Assembly (NCBI GenBank): GCA_964416155.1
Contig: CAYQCW010000001.1
Location: 128,001 to 192,000, forward strand
From: an uncultured Nitrososphaerota archaeon
GTDB taxonomy: Archaea; Thermoproteota; EX4484-205; JAAOZP01
Reading direction: 5' to 3'
DNA length: 64,000 nt
Both the position numbers and the translations under genes were made by a program. How positions within the stretch are numbered: the stretch's first letter is position 1; the number at the start of each line of letters is the position of its first letter. The notes under the pieces are model-generated. The model ran no database searches. It saw only the letters and a list, made by a program, of their open reading frames with translations, and was not told the DNA's origin. This document shows, piece by piece, positions 60,187-64,000 of the stretch.

Positions 60187-61116
60187 CTAAGTTAGAACAT
60201 TGTCAACGCTAAGCAAGCCTAGGTCGTCGACACTAACTCCTTCAGCAAGAACCCTGTATGCTCCGACGCATCTTTTAGCAACCTCCTTAACAACTGGTTT
60301 AGGCAGCTCCGGCGGCTCCCCCTCTCCAACGAAACCCATTCTCCTTAAGCATTCTCTGAGAAACTCTTTGTCCAGGCAATGCGACTCCTGCGGTTCTCCA
60401 ACCCTGTAGTATTCGACTGCCCAGAGCCTTGCGGAGTCATGTGTAGGCGGCTCATCTATCTGAATCAACTCATCCCTGTAGAAGCCAAACTCTATTTTGA
60501 AGTCGGGTATTATTATTCCTGCTTTCCGAGCCTCAGCCTCGTAAAACTCGTAAAGCTTGAGAGCAGCCTCCTCCAGCGTGCGCCAGGTATCCGCGTCAAT
60601 AAGCTTCATCTCTAACGCTTCAGCCCTGGTGATCTCCCTGTCGTGGCCCACGTCGGCCTTCGTAGTGGGTGTTAACACTGGTTCCGGAAGCTCCTCAGCC
60701 ATCCTTAGTCCATCTGGAAACCTTAATCCGTACATTTCCCTCCTGCCCTCCCTGTAAGCCCTCCATAATGATCCGTAAAGGTATTTCCTAATAACCCATT
60801 CAATATTGACCCTCCGAGCCTTCCTCACTAGTATGCTCCTCTCGTCCACAACGTCTATAAGATGGTTTGGAAAAACCTTTCTGCTCCTCCTCATCCAGAA
60901 CACAGTCAGCTTCTGCAAGTATTCCCCCTTCCTAGGTATTGGTGTGGGAAGCACGACGTCGAACACCGAAACCCTGTCAGTGTGATAGATTAGGAGTTCC
61001 TCCCCCAGGTCGTATATGTCCCTGACCTTCCCCCTTAACGGCTTCCCGATGTTCAGGTTAGAGTATTTGACGACGAGTGTTTCCCCGCCTGTTAAAGGAT
61101 CCTCCGCCAGCCACAT
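60187..61116 (-). CDS. purC: SAICAR synthetase (start near ATG 61116, not 61308)
   Basis: RGKVRDIY, TDRVSVFD, KG, YLYGS, TPTTKA..HD, DFKIEFG, IDE..DSARLW, DKEFLR. Confidence 0.93.
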   Translation of the reverse strand: MWLAEDPLTGGETLVVKYSNLNIGKPLRGKVRDIYDLGEELLIYHTDRVSVFDVVLPTPIPRKGEYLQKLTVFWMRRSRKVFPNHLIDVVDERSILVRKARRVNIEWVIRKYLYGSLWRAYREGRREMYGLRFPDGLRMAEELPEPVLTPTTKADVGHDREITRAEALEMKLIDADTWRTLEEAALKLYEFYEAEARKAGIIIPDFKIEFGFYRDELIQIDEPPTHDSARLWAVEYYRVGEPQESHCLDKEFLRECLRRMGFVGEGEPPELPKPVVKEVAKRCVGAYRVLAEGVSVDDLGLLSVDNVLT

Positions 61117-61200
61117 CAACGCCTTTTTCACACGGGTGTTTAAAAACGTTTCCAACCCTAGGGGTTTAAAGCTTATCTTTACCCTCTGCAAAAGCATATT

Positions 61201-61551
61201 ATGGGATGCTCTGTTCCTCCACCGCCACCTGGTCAAATATACCTTTCTACGACTCCTGAAATACCTGGCATGAGAATCGTTAAAAGTTTGGGAATAATCT
61301 TTGGGCAAACAGTCAGGACGAGGGGTGCTCTTGGAAGATTTGTAGCTGGGATAGAGGCGCTGGTCGGGGGTAAGTCGGAAGTATACCTCTCGGAAATCGA
61401 GAAGGCGAGGAATGAAGCCCTTGAGAACCTGGTGAGGAAAGCAGCCTCAATGGGTGCAAACGGTGTAGTTGGCGTAGATTTCGAAACGTCTGAAATCCTA
61501 GAGGGCTTCATAGTAATCACCGCCGTGGGAACTGCTGTAAAGGTGGAGTAG
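61201..61551 (+). CDS. YbjQ (UPF0145) family protein
   Basis: STTPEIPG, LGIIFG, ARNEAL, GANGVVGVDF, AVGTAV. Confidence 0.9.
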   Translation: MGCSVPPPPPGQIYLSTTPEIPGMRIVKSLGIIFGQTVRTRGALGRFVAGIEALVGGKSEVYLSEIEKARNEALENLVRKAASMGANGVVGVDFETSEILEGFIVITAVGTAVKVE

Positions 61552-61640
61552 GAAGACCCTCGGCGCGCTACACGTTTTATTCGTAATTATTGATGTTGGC
61601 CCAGGAAACTGTTAAATACTTCCCTCAAGCATGCTTATCC

Positions 61641-61874
61641 ATGGTTGTTAAAGCATACGTGTTCATAGTGACGAAGCCCGGCACATCCATCGAGGTTTCA
61701 AACGAAATTAAGAGGATCAGTGGTGTTTATTCGGCTGACCCTATCTACGGCAGGTTCGATGTGGTGGCGACGGTGGAAGCCGAGAGCCCCGAGGAATTAA
61801 CTAGGCTGCTCTACGAGGTTATTGAGAAGATTCCGAATATAGTTAGAACGGAAACCTCAATAGTTTTGCAGTGA
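61641..61874 (+). CDS. Stand-alone Lrp/AsnC ligand-binding (RAM) domain protein
   Basis: AYVFIVTKPG..YGRFDVVA..IVRTETSI; no HTH. Confidence 0.85.
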   Translation: MVVKAYVFIVTKPGTSIEVSNEIKRISGVYSADPIYGRFDVVATVEAESPEELTRLLYEVIEKIPNIVRTETSIVLQ

Positions 61875-61880
61875 CTTTAA

Positions 61881-62114
61881 ATGATCAGGGCCTTCATCCT
61901 GGTTAGAACCAAGCCGGGTACTTCTGAAGAAGTCGTAAGGGCAAGAAGGATCAAGGGTGTTAAACTGGCTAATTCCGTCCTAGGAAGGTATGATGCAGTG
62001 CTGGTGATAGAATCTAAGAGCCTGGAGGAACTAAGGAAAACTATCTACGAGGTTCTGGAGAAGCTTGAGCACGTGGAGCACACGGAGACCCTGATATCTT
62101 TCTCTCCAGATTAA
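61881..62114 (+). CDS. Stand-alone Lrp/AsnC ligand-binding (RAM) domain protein
   Basis: AFILVRTKPG..LGRYDAVL..VEHTETLI; paralogue of the upstream gene. Confidence 0.85.
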   Translation: MIRAFILVRTKPGTSEEVVRARRIKGVKLANSVLGRYDAVLVIESKSLEELRKTIYEVLEKLEHVEHTETLISFSPD

Positions 62115-62176
62115 CCGGCGGTCCTTCTCACCCCATGTTTTCATCAAACCTGTTAGTGATTTTTTTAAATCAAAGC

Positions 62177-63322
62177 TTAGACGCGATACTCAAATTTACC
62201 ATCTTTCGAAATAATGATTAGCGAGTTTCCCTCAGCAGATTTTTCACACCTGCCGATTACTTGGGCACCGACATGGAACTTTTCAGATATATCTATAACA
62301 GTATCCTCAAACTCTTTCTCGACAATTATCTCTAAACCTATTCCCATGTTGAAGCTTCGATACATGTTTACCAGAGTCTCCCGGCTTTCAGCCTGAATCA
62401 GCCTAAATATTGGATCTGGTTCAGGAAGATTATCCTTCACATACCTTATGTTCCTCCCTATTTTCAAACATTTCGTTAACCCTCCACCAGTATTATGAAT
62501 TATGGCTTTAACCTCAACACTTTTAATGACCTCGAGTATTGTTTGCAGGTAGATCCTAGTCGGCGACAATAATGCTTCCCCGATGCTCATGTTAAGCTCA
62601 TCTACGAAAGAATCTATTTTGAAGCGACCGTAATACCCTTTGGCTTCTGAGCCTATCTCAGGATACTTATCCAAGTATTCTCTCGCTAACAGGCAGTGTC
62701 TCGCAAGCGTTATCCCGTTGCACATTATTCCACTGTTCTCCTTCTCCTCATATACGGATCTTCCCCCGCTTCTCAACCCGACTATAACATCCCCGGGCAA
62801 AATGTTTCTGCCAGTTATCACTTTGGAGAACTCGACTCTAGCCATCACTGTTCCTGAAACGTCGAATGTTCTGACAATATCAGGCAGGTCAGCCGTCTCG
62901 CCTCCGCTGAAAAGAATAGGAACACCGTTCCCCCTGAGCATTGAAAAAACTCTGGAGAAGCCTTTAGCAAGGCTTTTGAGGAGCTCCTGTTTTGGGACTT
63001 TAAAAGGGTTTACTGCAACATAGTCTGAAAAAGCCACTGGCGACCCTCCTACGCAAGCCGCGTCGTCAACATTCATGGCGACAACGTCGTCGGCCAATGT
63101 TTCGAAAAACTTCTTCTCACCAGTCTCCTTATAGTAGAGGTAGGAGACAACTGGCTTTGTTCCAGCACCATCGGTATGAAGAATTATCCCCCAGGCTGGG
63201 TTTAAAGAATCCTTAACTACAGGAGAGAAGGCTTCGGGGAAAACGTCGTCCGTAATCTTTTTCAAAAACTCCACTCCTGTCTTGCTCACGTCTATGCCGA
63301 GCTCCTCATATCTTGAAGACAT
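62177..63322 (-). CDS. purM: Phosphoribosylformylglycinamidine cyclo-ligase (AIR synthase)
   Basis: YEELGID, HTDGAGTK, AMNVDD, GGETADLP, LSPTRIY, HNTGGG, FNMGIG. Confidence 0.9.
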   Translation of the reverse strand: MSSRYEELGIDVSKTGVEFLKKITDDVFPEAFSPVVKDSLNPAWGIILHTDGAGTKPVVSYLYYKETGEKKFFETLADDVVAMNVDDAACVGGSPVAFSDYVAVNPFKVPKQELLKSLAKGFSRVFSMLRGNGVPILFSGGETADLPDIVRTFDVSGTVMARVEFSKVITGRNILPGDVIVGLRSGGRSVYEEKENSGIMCNGITLARHCLLAREYLDKYPEIGSEAKGYYGRFKIDSFVDELNMSIGEALLSPTRIYLQTILEVIKSVEVKAIIHNTGGGLTKCLKIGRNIRYVKDNLPEPDPIFRLIQAESRETLVNMYRSFNMGIGLEIIVEKEFEDTVIDISEKFHVGAQVIGRCEKSAEGNSLIIISKDGKFEYRV

Positions 63323-63429
63323 TCCTGAGATTATTCCAGCGTAGAACTCTTAAATCTTTAAACTCTCCTCTAGTTGACGCACTACTCATTATTTTTCGAA
63401 AGATCGACCCGCTTATTTTTTGGGCTTTA

Positions 63430-63996
63430 TTAGCGTATGTGTAAAACCGGCTTTGGTCTATAGGGCTCTTCCAAGTACTTGACCTCGTCGTCCGTCAGCT
63501 TCACGCTTAACGCCCCCACCGCTTCCTCCAAGTGTTCCACCTTCGTTGTGCCTATTATGGGCGCCGTGACACCCTTGTGGAAAAGCCACGCTAAGGCGAC
63601 TTGAGTCGGCGTCACACCCTTGTTTTCCGCGGTTTCCACAACCCTCTTAACTATCTCAGCGTTTTCAGGAGGCTCAATGTAGGCCCTGTAAGCGTAAAAC
63701 CCAGTGTCCGGCTGTAGGCGTTCACTGTCCTTCGGGCCGACGATGAGCCTGCCCTCCTTCAAGTATCTGCCGGTGAGAACCCCAGCGGCGTTCGGGCTGT
63801 AAGGGATCAGCGCAATATCGTGCACCTTGCAGAAAGGAATCATCTCCCTCTCCTCTTCACGGTATAGCAGGTTGTAGAGGTTCTGCATGCTTACGAACTT
63901 CTCATACTTTTTCATCTCGCTGGTGAAGAGGGCTGTGGCGAACTGCCATGTCCACATGCTTGACGCACCTATGTACCTCGCCTTCCCCTGGCGCAC
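63430..63996 (-). CDS. Aldo/keto reductase (5'-truncated by window edge)
   Basis: GKARYIGAS, MQNLYNLLYREEE, PYSP, QVALAW, PIIG. Confidence 0.9.
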   Translation of the reverse strand: MRQGKARYIGASSMWTWQFATALFTSEMKKYEKFVSMQNLYNLLYREEEREMIPFCKVHDIALIPYSPNAAGVLTGRYLKEGRLIVGPKDSERLQPDTGFYAYRAYIEPPENAEIVKRVVETAENKGVTPTQVALAWLFHKGVTAPIIGTTKVEHLEEAVGALSVKLTDDEVKYLEEPYRPKPVLHIR

Positions 63997-64000
63997 TAAA

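Noticed and set aside
61201-61230. YbjQ N-terminus MGCSVPPPPP resembling a eukaryotic acylation motif
   Set aside because: Too short to be meaningful; no supporting machinery evident
61117-61308. 64-aa N-terminal extension of purC in the ORF track
   Set aside because: Overlaps the divergent YbjQ gene and promoter region; PurC homology starts later
1-64000. CRISPR arrays, tRNA/rRNA genes, transposases, integrases, defence systems
   Set aside because: No regularly spaced repeats, tRNA-like arms or mobile-element motifs seen by eye; short or intron-containing RNAs could be missed without covariance searches

Overview
Gene-dense archaeal chromosome segment. TATA boxes about 25-35 nt upstream of many start codons, PINA, a long Trm112, archaeal-type TrpRS and tandem purF paralogues point to a TACK/Thermoproteota-type archaeon; the sugar-catabolic content is reminiscent of Brockarchaeia/Bathyarchaeia (inference only). 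Main blocks: (1) a de novo NAD operon, nadA-nadC-nadX, divergent from a degenerate NAD-kinase/wHTH fusion, with a palindrome over the nadA TATA box; (2) PINA, a membrane-anchored serpin and small membrane proteins; (3) an accessory carbohydrate-catabolism region (about 12-41 kb) with GH78, GHL10, several unclassified glycosidase-like proteins, three Gfo/Idh/MocA dehydrogenases, two sugar-phosphate isomerases, two UroD/MtaA-like proteins and a ROK kinase; (4) argG, htrA, trpS, trm112 and an orphan nrdG-like activase; (5) a purine cluster (purM, purC, two purF, purD, an unknown ORF, purE, purS, purL, purQ). Several pseudogenes are missed or only partly shown by the ORF track: a CPBP protease, a NifB/NifX-family protein, an HpcH aldolase and a membrane-anchored repeat protein. 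Best leads are the NAD-kinase-fold/wHTH candidate NAD regulator with its candidate operator, a DUF362 Fe-S gene with an in-frame UGA followed by a canonical kink-turn in its 3' UTR, and apparent ACG/CTG starts for purS and purL. I saw no rRNA, tRNA, CRISPR array or transposase. All family assignments are by motif recognition, without database searches.
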